Shown: piece after piece, positions 36,001-48,620 of the stretch | Layout of the letters: each line of letters starts with the position of its first letter | How positions within the stretch are numbered: position 1 is the first letter of the stretch | Assembly (NCBI GenBank): GCA_030704615.1 | Contig: CM060732.1 | Location: forward strand, 6,076,001 to 6,140,000 | DNA from: Takakia lepidozioides | Taxonomy: Eukaryota > Plantae > Bryophyta | Length of the DNA stretch: 64,000 nucleotides | Direction of reading: 5' to 3' | Notes under the pieces: model-generated | Told to the model about the DNA's origin: nothing | The model's input: the letters and a program-made list of their open reading frames with translations, nothing else | Databases searched by the model: none | Position numbers and translations under genes: made by a program

Positions 36001-36986
36001 TGGATATGTATGTGAAATGTGGGTGCATCGAGGATGCAAAGGGAGTATTTGACAATGTGACTGAACGAAATATGGTGTCATGAAATGCAATGATCGCAGG
36101 ATATGCCCAGCATGGTTGTCATAAGGAGGTCCTGCAACTATTTGAAGGAATGCAAAAGAACGGCTTGAAGCCGGACAGTATCACCTTTATATGTGTTCTC
36201 TCTGCATGGAGCCACACTGGCCTACTGAATGAAGGAAGACGCTACTTCGATTCCCTGAGTCAAGATCATGGTGTCACCCCGCCAGTAAAGCACTTTGGCT
36301 GCATGGTGGACCTTATGGATGTGCGGGACAACTACATGAGGCAGTGGACCTGATTAATAAAATGCCAGTCAATCCAGATGTTGTGGTGTAGAAGGCCTTG
36401 CTTGGTGCCTGCAGAATCCATGGCAATGTGGAGATGGCAGAATGTGTGGCAACATCTATCCTCAAGTGGGATGAACAGGATGCCGCGACTTATGTGTTGC
36501 TATACCAAACATCTATGCTGCAGCTGGCAGGTGGGATGACACTGCAAAGGTGATGAAGGTCAGAGGGGTTGAAAAGGAGCCAGGTCGCTGCTGCATTGAG
36601 GTTTGCAACAGGGTGCACACCTTCGTTGTAGATGACAAGTTGCATCCCAGAATTAAGGAAATCCATGCTGAGCTGAGAAGATTGTCTGGGAAGATGAAGG
36701 AGGCGGGGTATGTGCCTGACAGGCGCTTTGTATTGCATGATGTGGGGAGGAGGAAAAGGAATTTTCTCTTTGCCACCACAGTGAGAAGCTGGCCATTGGT
36801 TTTGGGCTGATCAGCATGACCCCTAGGACGCCTCTCCGTCTCATGAAGAATCTTCGAGTGTGTGGTGACTGCCACACCTCCACCAAATTCATCTCAAAGA
36901 TTGTTGGCCGAGCAATTGTTGTACGGGATGCTAACCGCTTTCACCACTTTGAAGATGGGATTTGTTCTTGTGGTGATTACTGGTGA
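33060..36986 (+). pseudogene. PLS-E-DYW PPR RNA-editing factor, frameshifted composite
   Basis: About ten P-L-S triplets, P2-L2-S2, E motifs, PG box EKEPGRCCIEV, and DYW domain [11 protein letters not shown]...[10 protein letters not shown]...[20 protein letters not shown] (stop 36984-36986). Many 1-nt indels and Trp-to-stop codons near 36081 and 36389. Confidence 0.93.
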
Positions 36987-38737
36987 AAGGATGTCTTCTT
37001 GGAAAGATGCGAGTGTCTTGCTTCATTCATTGATCTGTGACTTAGCTACTCACACCATCCACCATTTCCCGAAAGTATTGACCATGATGTACTGTTGAGT
37101 GCATTTCCTGTGCCATAAATCCACAGGAAATGATGGTGGGGTCTACCTGGCATAGGTGGGAAGTCAGCCCATAATTGCACTTGACTGAAGGGGTGATTTT
37201 CCACTGATTCTGGTGACAGTGGATGGAAATTAGAGTGCTGTCCTAATTCTGGGTTTGGGTGGTGGAGCTTCTCCAAAGCTTCAAGATGGAAGTGAATACG
37301 AATTTTAATGAGCTTGATGAGAGGGGCAACCCTGTGCACAAGTTTGTTCAACATCTTAAATTTGGACATGTTTGTTTGTTTCTCGCGGTGTGGCTTTGGA
37401 TGGAGCCCTTGATGAACTTGCATGAATATTGGCAAAAGCTAGCCTTAACCCACCAAGATCCAATCCCATGGTGGATGCTTGAAAGATCATACAGGGAATG
37501 TAAGGGTATTTGGGTATGTTGTTATTGATTGATGCGGCTTGTGAAAATTGAATGTTGAAATGCAGATCCGCCATTTTTCTTCCAGAAAAAAACAAAACAT
37601 GGGATCTCTGCATGTAACACCGCGGGGATGACCCAGCCCTTTTTGTGAAAAATTGAACGTAGTTCTCAAAATTCGTTGCTAGTAGTGCGGAGCAACGCGA
37701 AGCCCTAGTTCTAGCAACGACCGAAGGTCCGAAGCTAGTTTAGCGTAGAGCAGGAATAGGGTGCCATAGTGCCACGTCATCGTAGCCAGGTTATTGTCGT
37801 CGTCAATTTCTTTGGAATCTGCCCGGACGGCCCGCGCGAAATAGGCCAATAGAAATCGCCGCGCCAACGTTTTTGGAACTGCCAGCAATGCCCGGATCTT
37901 GATCTTCTTGAACTGCAGGAGCTCTGCATTTTCCGCCATCGTTCACCTTGCAAGCACAGGCATGGATAGCTGAAGGAGCAGGGATCGAGTGTGGGTCCAG
38001 ATTCATCCAAAAGGGCCGGATTTCAAGCTCTAGATTACCTATGATTCGAAAAGACAACAAATGGGGAGGAGTTTCTTGCAGACAGAATCGGAAGCTTTCA
38101 CTCGTGATTGGGTGGGAAAGAAGAAAAGTGCAGCTTAGATTACACCTTACTTCCTTGTTTCAGACCCGCACAATGAGTCTCCATGATTGATTTTCCATGA
38201 GCACGAAGGGTATGTCAGGTTGTGTCTGGTTGCAAAAGTCCCATATCTGCTTGAAGCTAAACCCAAGTTTCAAACCTAATCTTACATTGACTAGATTGTA
38301 ATTGATGTCTGTCTGCCATAACCTCCCTATAACCAGTGTTAACTGGAAACAATAAATGCAAACTGTGAGACTGACATTCAAAGCTGAAGGTTGCTCTTTT
38401 TCCATGTTTCAGCCTTCTTGGCCATTATTTTTGTGACCATTGTTTTATCAAACGTGGTGATAATGATGCAATTTGGATATAACCATATATGTTATAGGAA
38501 TCCATCTGTGTGTTAGTGTCCCTGAGATTTACTAGTTGATCGGGATCTGAAGGACCCTTTAGTCCCTCATTCTGTAGTGAGGGAAGTGGTTAAAGTGAAG
38601 GGCCTTTATTCAGTAAAAAAACCGTTTAGACAGGTTGTCTAATTTACCTTGTCATGTTCTGAAGCTTGCATGGTTTGATTCCAGAACCATTCCTCCAAGA
38701 AGACCTTCCGCTGTTGAAGGGGACACATAATATCAAA

Positions 38738-38815
38738 GTAGGGCCTCCCTGGAGCAAAGAGGACCTGGAGCTCTTCTATCAAGCATTTCGGAAATATGGC
38801 AGAGACTGTAAAAAG
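38738..38815 (+). pseudogene. Isolated exon encoding the ALWAYS EARLY/LIN-9-type Myb/SANT N-terminus
   Basis: VGPPWSKEDLELFYQAFRKYGRDCKK followed by a GT donor. Resembles ALY [26 protein letters not shown]. Confidence 0.65.
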
Positions 38816-39399
38816 GTATCTTATGACCACAATTGACTTGTTGAGATTGTTTTCTGGTTGTACCAAAATCTCTTGTCATCTTGACTGCTTTTTGCAGCAA
38901 CAAATGAAGCGAGCAACAAATTGTCTTTGTAGGTCCATCTATATTAGGTTGACATTGGAATTTCAATGCATGTTGTTTGTGAGGCACAAGCAATTGTCCT
39001 ATTTGTTGATCCATCCCGCTGTGTGATAGTCCCTGCTTTCAAGCAGCAGAGAATGTCTCTCAGAACAGGGGGCTACAGTAGACACTCTATGATATTTCTA
39101 CATGGACCATTTAGTCTTGTTTTGTCCTCTTATCATATTCATTCCCAATTTTTCATTTTGTGTTTTTAAGTTACCTCGTTGGGTGAATCTATGGTGGTTT
39201 GGATTTTTTGCACACGTTACTGCCAATGGGATAATAGGCGCATTGAAAAAACTTTCTCACAAATTGTCAGCAATGCAGCACCAGAACTAGTGTGTGTGGT
39301 AAGTATGGTCGGGGTGTTTGCTAGATAAATTTTAGGTTATCATTGTCAGCTCTTAGCAGCAGGGCCATACTGTTGCCTAGGCAGGGTTAGCTGAAAGAG

Positions 39400-41090
39400 G
39401 CAGGGTTAGCTGAAAGAAGCAGAGATGAAGCGTGGGTGCAGATTTATCCGAGAGGTCCTGATTTCAAGCACCAGAGTGCATATGAGTCACTGAGGATTGA
39501 CAGCTACAAAAAATCTGCAAAGGTAGATGGTCATCTTGAAGGGGCAGTGGTAGCACAATTGATAAAATCAGGCACCTCCACAATGATCTCCACTTCCAAA
39601 AGAGGACCCTGGGAGGAAGTTCTCATGATTTCTTCTGGCGCTTCTGAACTTGTGAGGACACTATATGAGGCACACTGAAAGAGGCTCTGAAATTTTTGAA
39701 CCATGGAGGCATTTTCACAAAGTCACATAATGGAGGCACCTTCTTCAACACATTTCATCTTGTTCATAAGTTGAGTTGGGTGTTTCCTAGAACTTCAAGC
39801 TCCAGATTACCTATGATTCCCTGTGGATCAATAGCTACAAGAAACCTGCATGGGTAGATGGTCACCTAAAGGCAGCAGCTGCAGCGGCACCTTTGCTAAA
39901 ATCAGGCACCTCAACCATGACAACAGCTTCTGAAAGAGGATCAAGTGAGGGAGTCCACAATCCCTCTTCTGGCACTTCTGGGCATGTGAAGATGCTTTGT
40001 GCGGCAGGCAGTCTGACAAGGGCTCTACAGACTTTAAACCAAGGAGGCATTTCAGAATGTATGTCTCTCTCTTGCTTAAGTGCATCGAGATGGAAGGTCT
40101 GGAAGCTGGAAAGCAAATACACACTCACATTATCCAAAGTGGGATTCCCGCCAAATGTTTTCTACTCAACACCCTTGTCAACATGTATGTTAAGTGCAAG
40201 AGCATCATGGATGCTCACCAAGTGTTCAACAGAAGGGCTCAACCATTTTTGATCACGTGGAACACGATGCTTGCAGGGTATGTACAGCAAGGGCGGTATG
40301 GAGGCCTTGGAGACCTATGATCAAATGATGGGGGAAGGGGTGAAGCCCGACCACATCACGTTTCTGTGCATTTGCAATGCGTGTGCAAGCCTGGCAGCTC
40401 TGGAAAAGGGTGAAGCGGTGCATGGCGATCAAATCTGGAATTGTACCCGATGTCATTCTGAACACTGCCCTGGTGGAAATGTATGTCAAATGTGCGTGCA
40501 TTGAGGATTCAAAGGGAGTGCTCGACAGTATTGGCTGAACGAGATGTGGTGTCATGGAGTGCGATGATTGCAGGATATGCACAACAAGGGTGCTGGATGG
40601 AGGCTTTGGAGACCTATGAGCAAATGATGTGCGAAGGGGTGAAGCCCAACCACATCACATTTTTTTTTGTTTGCAATGCGTGTGCAAGCCTGGGAGTTCT
40701 GGAAAAGGGGAAAGAGGTCCATGGTGACATCGTCAAAGCTGGAATTGTACCAGATGTCATCCTGAACCTTGCCTTGGTGGACATGGATGCAAAATGTGGG
40801 TGCATTAAGGATGCGAAGGGGTGAAGCCCAACCACATCACATTTGTTTTTGTTTGCAATGCGTGTGCAAGCCTAGGAGCTCTGGAAAAGGGGGAAGAGGT
40901 CCATGGTGACATCGTCAAAGCTGGAATTGTACCAGATGTCATCCTGAACACTGCCCTGGTGGACATGGATGCAAAATGTGGGTGCATTAAGGATGTGAAG
41001 GGAGTTTTCAACACTATGGCTGACCGAGATGTGGTGTCGTGGAACGCGATGCTTGCAGGGTATGCACAGCAGGGGCGCGGGATGAAGGTC
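39400..41090 (+). pseudogene. PLS PPR gene 5' half (N-terminal leader plus repeats), truncated, no DYW
   Basis: Duplicated leader, then YVSLLLKC..LEAGKQIHTHIIQSG, FLLNTLVNMYVKC and family P-L-S repeats with frameshifts. Confidence 0.85.
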
Positions 41091-42084
41091 TGCTTCTGTA
41101 AGGTACTTCTTTGTGATGCAGTGTAAAGCTTGTAGATGGATGAAGGACACTTGGTCAAAGGCACAATGCAGGCAGCCTCTTGTGGCAATTCGTATAGCCT
41201 AGCGCAAATCTGTGAGAACTCCAAAAGTAGGTTGCCTTCTTTCTAGCTGTTGTTCCTGAAGTATTGTCACTCGTGTTTTAGGTTGAGGCTGCAAGGCTGC
41301 ACCATACTGAGGCTGCCAAAACTTTGTTGCTACTTCCGTGGGTGCGGGATGAAGGTGTACATGACCAATAGGACTGCAGGTGTTTGTTTTTGTATTATTT
41401 TTCAAATGAGTGATGGTGGGGTGTTGTACAGTGTGTTTACTCCTCTTCTCATATGAGCTTCACCGTCGGCTGCACTCAAGTGACGACTCTTCTCACATCT
41501 CAGTCGTGCACGGTCTTCTCCTCATACCCACTCCTCAACCACTTTCACAGTAATCAAACTACATTGGTCAAAGCAAGAAATTAGTACAGAATGACTGACC
41601 GTTTCTGATACAAATGGTCCTAATTCTTCACTGTCTGTGTACAATTCGGCTTTCCTGACTAAAAAACACTCAAAAAATAATCCGCGCGTTTTTTAATGCA
41701 CCTACATATATGGCGACCAATGGGGAACACTCGTCCCAAGGGTGAAAGAACCCTGAATCACTGGTTTGACAACTCTCTAAATAGGTACACACATTGGGTA
41801 TATAATTGTAGTTTGTCACCAAGTTTGGTGATTTATGGAGCAAATTAGCAACGGCTCCAAATTATCGAATCGACGACACTCACGGGAGCCGGTTATTTGA
41901 GTTTTTACTTCATGGATGGATGAAAAATCCTAAATTTGCCTTGAGGAGCTGGATGGATGAAATAACAACTTCATTTATGACCAAAACCACTCACTGAGTG
42001 ATATTCTGAAATGTTCATTCAAATAATATGACTCGTTGAGTTATTTAAGGTCACACACATAGTTGTTTGTGAAGTCATTGCATT

Positions 42085-42640
42085 TATCACTACATCCAGT
42101 TTTATCGCACTGAAATATGTCACGTGTCCATATTCCTAATGGACACGTGTCCAGTGGTTGGAATCACTATGTTGTGAAGTGGTTAGTTTACCACTGTGAC
42201 ATGTCAGCGAACAGGTGGACTCGAAGGTGAGTGGGCGTAACCACTGTCCTTAACCACTGGTGACACGTCATGTCATTTACCACTGACCTGTCCTAAAGCA
42301 CTAGTTATTCATCACTCTGGGGCCAGAGTGGTTTGGTATCTTTAACCACTCAAAATGAGTGGTTACCAGAGTGGTTATTTTGGGTTTTCTTTCTAGTGCT
42401 TCGTCTTCCTCTTCGTCTTCTTCGTTGATAAGTGCCACCTCACCATCCAAGTGAAGGATGAAAAAACACTGTTAGGAGTGGACTAAAGTGCAATCAGGAG
42501 TGAAATCAACAGGAGTGGACTAAGGTGATGAATAACCAGTGCTTTAGGACAGGTCAGTGGTAAAGGACATGACATGTCACCAATGGTTCACTCCACCTTA
42601 GTCCACTCCTGTTACACTGGTTAGTCCACTCCTGATGATT
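42085..42640. repeat. MITE/CACTA-like non-autonomous remnants with inverted repeats
   Basis: 42252-42315 is the reverse complement of 42525-42589 (about 4-5 mismatches). AGGAGTGGACTAA/TTAGTCCACTCCT inverted copies are present, and a CACTA-type end TTTTCTTTCTAGTG lies at about 42385-42398. Confidence 0.55.
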
Positions 42641-42784
42641 TCCATCCAAATATTAGTTTATAATTATATCTCCCTCTAGTTTATACTAGTTTAATACTAT
42701 TTTACAATAATTTAATAGCCCCGAAAAGAGTACAAAAGAAGGGCAAGGCTTCCTTGTTTCTTCACTAGTTCATTTGTTTGTTTT

Positions 42785-43508
42785 TGTCGCGCACCTCACT
42801 TCGGTAAGCTCCCCTTCAAGTCATAGTTACTCGCTTTGATGCGCGCGTCTAACTCCCAAACTGGCCGCCGGGCCAACTCGGAGCTTCGGCTGCTCACCGG
42901 GGCATAACAGTCCCCCTTTGCTCCTCCATGAGACCCTCGCACACTTTGGGCTAGTAGAAATTCCCTTTGGTTGTTGGCAGTCCGGAACAGCTCCCCACAC
43001 CTTGGTCGCTTTCCGGCTCGCACGCTTACTCACTAGTTTTTGGTGACCAACGGGTTTGCACCGTTCTCGGGGTTACTACTCCCTATATATACTTTTGTGA
43101 CTGTCCGCGGGGATTTCACAAATAACACGGTCCTTTTATGGTGAACCACCACAGAGACCCTTGATTCCCGGTGATGAGTCGCGGTGAGTCTTGGCCCACC
43201 CACCACGGCCCCAATGGACCGTGATGAGTCCCAAGACTCCCCACGACTCCCACCACAAGGTCTCAACCCCATGGTGAGTCCTATGCCACCCCCACTAAGA
43301 CCCACTAAGCTACCACCACCCCTCGTGGAACCACCCCCACCGCAACCCGGTGTGCGGGGCTCCACCTAGTGAGCGCCTCCGCCTCCTTGAGTGCCTTGGG
43401 CACTCAAGGGTGCTTCAGCCCCCATACCCATTGTTGCCACCGCCCCCACCACAGGGGCAGCCCTTCTTGTGTCCCGACCCCCTGCCCTCAAGGCAAAAGG
43501 CCGCGACA
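42785..43508 (-). mobile_element. Solo LTR
   Basis: TGTCGCG...CGCGACA termini and a 5-bp TSD GTTTT/GCTTT (1 mismatch). Highly similar to 55965-56677, whose PBS sets the orientation. Confidence 0.9.
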
Positions 43509-46500
43509 GCTTTGCTCTTGCTTTGTTGTAGTCTAGTTTTCTAGAGGGAGCCTAGGTCCTAGAGAGTGGAGCTTAAAGCTCTCTAGTTTAGAAATGTGCT
43601 TTTAGAGACAATGTGTCTACTTCATTGTAGGCCTTGGTGCCATTTTGCTTTGCTTAAGGAGGAAGTTTGTGATAACAAAGAGAGTAGATTAGAGAGACTT
43701 AGGACAAGTAGAGAGCTGTGGGTGGACCAAGTTGACGAGCACCTAGGATGGCCTCAAGAGTACCACGCCAATGAGCCAATAGAGCATCCCGAGCTCACAT
43801 TGCTCCTAAGGGTGATGCACCACTCCCTTTGCATTTGTTATTTATCTTTTGGGATATGTCCATGTGAAGTGTTTAAGACAAACCCATGGTTGTCTCTTAT
43901 ATGTTGAAAACTAACCCTCTAATGTGAGAGGAGAGCTTGGTTTATGTGAAGGGTTCATTTGTTAAGGAGAAGGTACTCCATTGAGTTGTGTTTTATGTGA
44001 AGGGTTCACTTGTTAAGGAGAAGGATACTCCATAAAGGCTAAGAGTGGAGGAAGGCCTCTTAAGCCATATACTATAGAGAGCTTGTGTGTATTTCATTTA
44101 TGCTTTTGGCATTTAGTTTTGAGAAAAAGAGTCCAAAAGAGGAAGGACCAGCAAGTATACTAGTGATTATGAAGGTCAGAGTGGCCGTGCTTTTCTTGTT
44201 TTTTTTGTTTTTTTTCCATTTATTCAGCGCCATTGCAGCCCGCTTCGTTGCAGCTGGAGGGGCCATAGCCTTTAGGCCTAAGCAGCAGGTACCCGCAGGT
44301 CCCCCGTAGCCACACGCCGTGGCGCTAAGAGCCGCGGGGCCCCCAACAACCCCGTTGACTGAGATATCGTACGGGAGAGAAGGGACGCCGCACGCGCGGC
44401 CAACAGCAGTGTGCGAGCTGAGAGGGGGGTTCACCAGGGACCGCTGGATATCCGCGTTGGGCGGCGGATCGCTGGTCGCTGACTGCTACCACCTCACGGA
44501 CCTATCGTAGAGCGCTGGCGCGGGCCGCAACTGCCTGCACCCCGCCACGTGTCCAGGGTTCTTTTATCCAGTGGGCGGCCCCCATGGCTGCATAAAAGGG
44601 GTCTTTTTTAACCCTTCAACTATTGAATATTGGGGAAACCCCCCCTAGTGTTGATTTTCTTTGTATTGAGTGAATGAAGGATAGAAAAAATCTTAGATTT
44701 GGGTAGGAGGGTGCCTTGAGGAAGGCCTCTTATAAGCCGGGGCTCAAAGCTTGGGAAGTCCCGAGCTCAAAGCTATACGCCGAGACAGCGGCGAGGAAAC
44801 TTTTGGATGCAAAATACTTTATCCTTGTTTCTAGACTACAGTAGTGAATAGTAAGTGGTGAGAGGTAGAGGATGACTTATTCTAGGAGGGGAAAGTGCCC
44901 TTTCCCACTTATTTAATGATATTTTAGGTGCACCTGGGGAAAGGAAAGGCTGGTCCCACCAGGGAGAGTAGTTTAAGATATAACCATGCATGTTTTGGCT
45001 GGCGGATGAACAACAATCTTCATCCGCCTCTCTATTTTTTCATCCGTTAAGGTAGGGGCAACGGTTCCCCGCCACGAGAGCGGTTCCCCGGGGTTCCCAC
45101 AGATAAGGTGCGTTCCTAGGCTGTTCCCCATGCCCCCTGCAGGTAATTTTTGGATCTCTAGATCTAGAATCGAGAAGAGATTCATTTTCCAGGTATTATT
45201 ATTTTTATTATTTTCCTATTTCTTTATTAATTTTGAGGCAGTAGCCGCGAGGCAAAGTGGCTCTTAGTTACGCCGGCTTCGGCTGGAGTCGTATCTCTCT
45301 ATTAATTTTGGCCTTTTGTTTGCATGGAAAATAGGGAAAATTAGTCCTACAGACTTGGATTAAAATTGACCCCTTTAGAAACCAGATTTGGGAAATTCCA
45401 AAGGAGGTTTTGCCCTTCTTAAGATGTGGATTGAAGTCAACCACCCATGAATTGGCCATTGAGAAGAGATGGTCCCTCTTCCTCCCTAAACCCGGTAAGT
45501 GCTTTGTGAAGGGACGATGGATTAAGTCCCGGCTATTAGCGGTTCAGGGGTTTAGGCCAGTAGGATTTAGTTAATAACACAAAGACTTGGAAGGCAATTG
45601 AAAGATTAGAAAAAATACAAAAATATATCGCAGGACTTAGGAACGCAATCTCGCCCTGTGAGGGAGAACTTGATCTCTCATGCCGAAGAACATGCACCCA
45701 CAGAGGGAGTGGTAGAGACGAAAGTGGGAGGCACAGGCAGAGAGTTGCTATTCCGTGAGCCTGGAGGCGTGAGCCTGTGAGCCCAGGAGCCCGTGAGCCC
45801 ATCATAGGCTCATGCCACGTCATCTTTGAATTTCGAACTTTCAGGGCGTATTTCCACGGGAGGCGCCTATTTCCGCAGATTGATTTAACTTTTTTCAGTC
45901 ATTGTAGATGACATTTTTTACATCCATCCCACCCCCGGCCCTCGTGTTATAGCAGCGAATTGATTAGTGTGTGATTGCCGAAATGAGAGAGAATGAGTGT
46001 GTTAGTTACATGAAGCTTTCTTACCAGTCCAAGCGTAGTAGCAGCTTACAGTGCACATCCTAGACCCAAAAGTTAGCCGGAGTGGAATTGAGGCTTAGAC
46101 ACGTGAAAATCGCCCACATGGAATAGACTCATTTAGATGTGGTGTACATACTAAGCCCTTGCATATTTGAAATGGATGAATGTCGTTGTGTTTGAATGAA
46201 ATATTCTCCGGGATGGTCGAGATGAAATTCAATGTATGTGATTTGACTTTACACTTCTTATAGACAAATGTTTGTGGATGTGGATGCATAGTCGTCTGCC
46301 TAGATGAATGTGTCCACGTCGTGTGTGTACGTACGTATGTAGTTCCGGCACATGTACGCATCCAATCATGCATATGCAATCCTAGAGAATTCGATACATG
46401 CAGGGAGGTGGACAAGCAGGGAGGGAGGGGTGATGGCGGACGCTACCGGGGTGGAGTCGGGAGTATCTCTAGAGGTGGATTATTTGAGAGGATCGGATGG

Positions 46501-46519
46501 AGGTAGGTAGGTTCCCACG

Positions 46520-47170
46520 CAGATGCCTAAAAACAGTGTGCGGCACCGCACACTGTTTTCAGGGCATCTGCGGTGCACGTTTTCTCTGTAGTTGCCCATC
46601 CCACACACCGTTTGTTTTTTTTCTTGTTTTTTTTTTAAATTAATTTACCGCACACTGTTTTCAGGGCAGCTGTGGTGCACGTTTGCTCAGCAGCTACCCA
46701 TCCCACACACCGTTTTTTTTTTTTTTTTTTTTTTTTTCACCTTCCCGAAAAACCTGCACCGCAACTGCCCTGAAAACAGTGTGCGACACCGCACACTGTT
46801 TTCAGGGCATTCACAGTGCACGTTTTCTCCGCATCTGCCCATCCCACACAACGGGTTTATTTTATTTTATTTTATTTTTTATTTGAAAACGTGCACCGCA
46901 ACTGCTCTGAAAACAGTTCGCGGCACCGCACACTGTTTTCAGGGCATCTGCGGTGCACGTTTTTTCCTGCAGCAACCCATCCCACACATGATTTTTTTAT
47001 TTTTATTTTTTTAAACCTGCACCGCAGATGCCCTAAAAACAGTGTGTGACACGTTTTCTTTGCAGCTGCTCATCCCTTACAACGGTTTTTTTTTTTTTTT
47101 TTTTTTTCCCTCTTCCGTTCCCACGCAGATACCCTAAATACAATGTGCGGCACCATCCCACACACGTTTT
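46520..47170. repeat. Array of palindromic ~120-bp units (TIR-transposon subterminal-like)
   Basis: AAAACAGTGTGCGG-CA-CCGCACACTGTTTT hairpin core, CAGGGCATCTGCGGTGCAC arm and CCCATCCCACAC plus T-tract spacers, repeated about 5 times. Confidence 0.85.
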
Positions 47171-48089
47171 TTTATTTATTTGTTTTGCCTGTAAAATACA
47201 CCGGCTCAGAACACTCTCTCGAAAGGCAAAAAAAGACGTATAGGTGAGGGGAGAGGCAAAGGAAAGGGGAAGGGGAAGGGAACCCAAACGGGTATCTTTT
47301 TATTGTCGGTTTGTTTGGAATATGCAGCATAAGTCGGCATACTGTAAATGCATATTCCCACGGTTATAGGTCCCTCGGGTATAGACACTTTTTCTTTCGC
47401 CAAACATCTGCTGACATGGCGGACGTTCACGCTCACATGGCGTGAACGCCACATCATGCAGATGAAGCCTTGGCTCATGCCACATCAGCCAAGCGTGAGC
47501 TCAGCTCATAGGCTCATGGGGCTGGGCTCATGACCTAGCTGCCCTCGGCACAAGCACACGAGATGTGGAGAAATTCTTTCTATCATGCCGATGCGAGTCT
47601 CCATCGGATCCCGGAGGGGTGTCGAGTTTGCGCTTGCATGCACAAAATCTCTCCTCACCTTCCAGATGTGGGAGCCTTGACTGCAAAGGTGTTCATGTTG
47701 TACAGTCATTAACAGCCCTAACGATTTTTATAGGATCTTTAGATCTGTTTGCAGCTCTAACAACTCTGCCCTGTCTGGACCTTTACCAACACCCTGTCCC
47801 CTCAGGAAGTCTTGGTACCTTGTTTGTTGCAAAAGCGCGTGGACCATGTCATCAGCAGTTGCAATGTAAAGGTCCCGTCCAGTCTTACCGGATTGCTTCA
47901 TCCACACACTGTGCACAGTCTCGGATAGATACATCTCCAACTGCTACAGTGCAGAGAGAAGGGGAGAAGATGCTGCCGGTGAAAGAGTCGGACTGTGGTG
48001 ACACATTGTGGCACATTGAACGGACTAGTGAGATGTTCCGCTCTTATGTTCTTATGTTCTTCTTTGTTAACACAGTCGTAAGGTATATC

Positions 48090-48620
48090 CAACCCATAAT
48101 ACTTGGGTAAACTTCTGGATGGCTTTATACTGGTTAATGGCTACACTTTCTTGAATGAGATAAATCTTCTTCCACAATCAATCTTATTTCCCTGCATTAT
48201 TAACACCCTCAAGAGGTTTATGCGACCCACAAATACCTGGGTAAATCTATGGATGGCTTTCTGTTGGTTGATGGCTATACTTTCTTAAATGAGATCAATC
48301 TTCTTCTACAATCAATCTTATTTCAGACATCTTATGTCCCCGCATTGTTAACATCATCAAGAGGTTTATGCGACCCACAATACCTTGGCCAAGTTGTGGA
48401 TGGCTTTCTGTTGGTTGATGGCTATACTTTCTTGAATGAGATCTAGAATCAATCTTATTTGAGGCATGTTATGTCCTAGCATTGTAGCACAGACCTGCGG
48501 TGTATGCTACCCACAATATCTGAATGAACTTGTGGATGGCTAGTAAATAAACTTGTCGGTGGCTTTATGCGGCTACACTCTCTTGAATGACATCAATCCT
48601 TGTCAACAATCAAACTAATT
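48090..48620 (+). repeat. Tandem repeat, ~130-150-bp unit, about 4 copies
   Basis: Recurrent ACCCACAATAC..GGATGGCTTT..TGGTTGATGGCTATACTTTCTTGAATGAGAT..AATCAATCTTATTT. Confidence 0.85.

Noticed and set aside
33162-36090. Numerous minus-strand ORFs over the PPR arrays, plus antisense ORFs over UFD2, the LINE and the LTRs
   Set aside because: These are shadow frames of repetitive or GC-rich sequence with no independent coding signal.
36075-36395. Stop codons repaired by U-to-C RNA editing
   Set aside because: The stops replace Trp (TGG to TGA/TAG) and U-to-C would give Arg/Gln. The gene is nuclear, so these are ordinary G-to-A mutations.
37259-37939. Short ORFs 37259-37528 (+) and 37679-37939 (-) as genes
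   Set aside because: No recognisable motifs or splice structure, and they lie around a CACTA-like end.
46520-47170. CRISPR-like repeat-spacer array
   Set aside because: The spacers are not unique (shared CCCATCCCACAC plus poly-T), the units are irregular, there are no cas genes, and the context is eukaryotic.
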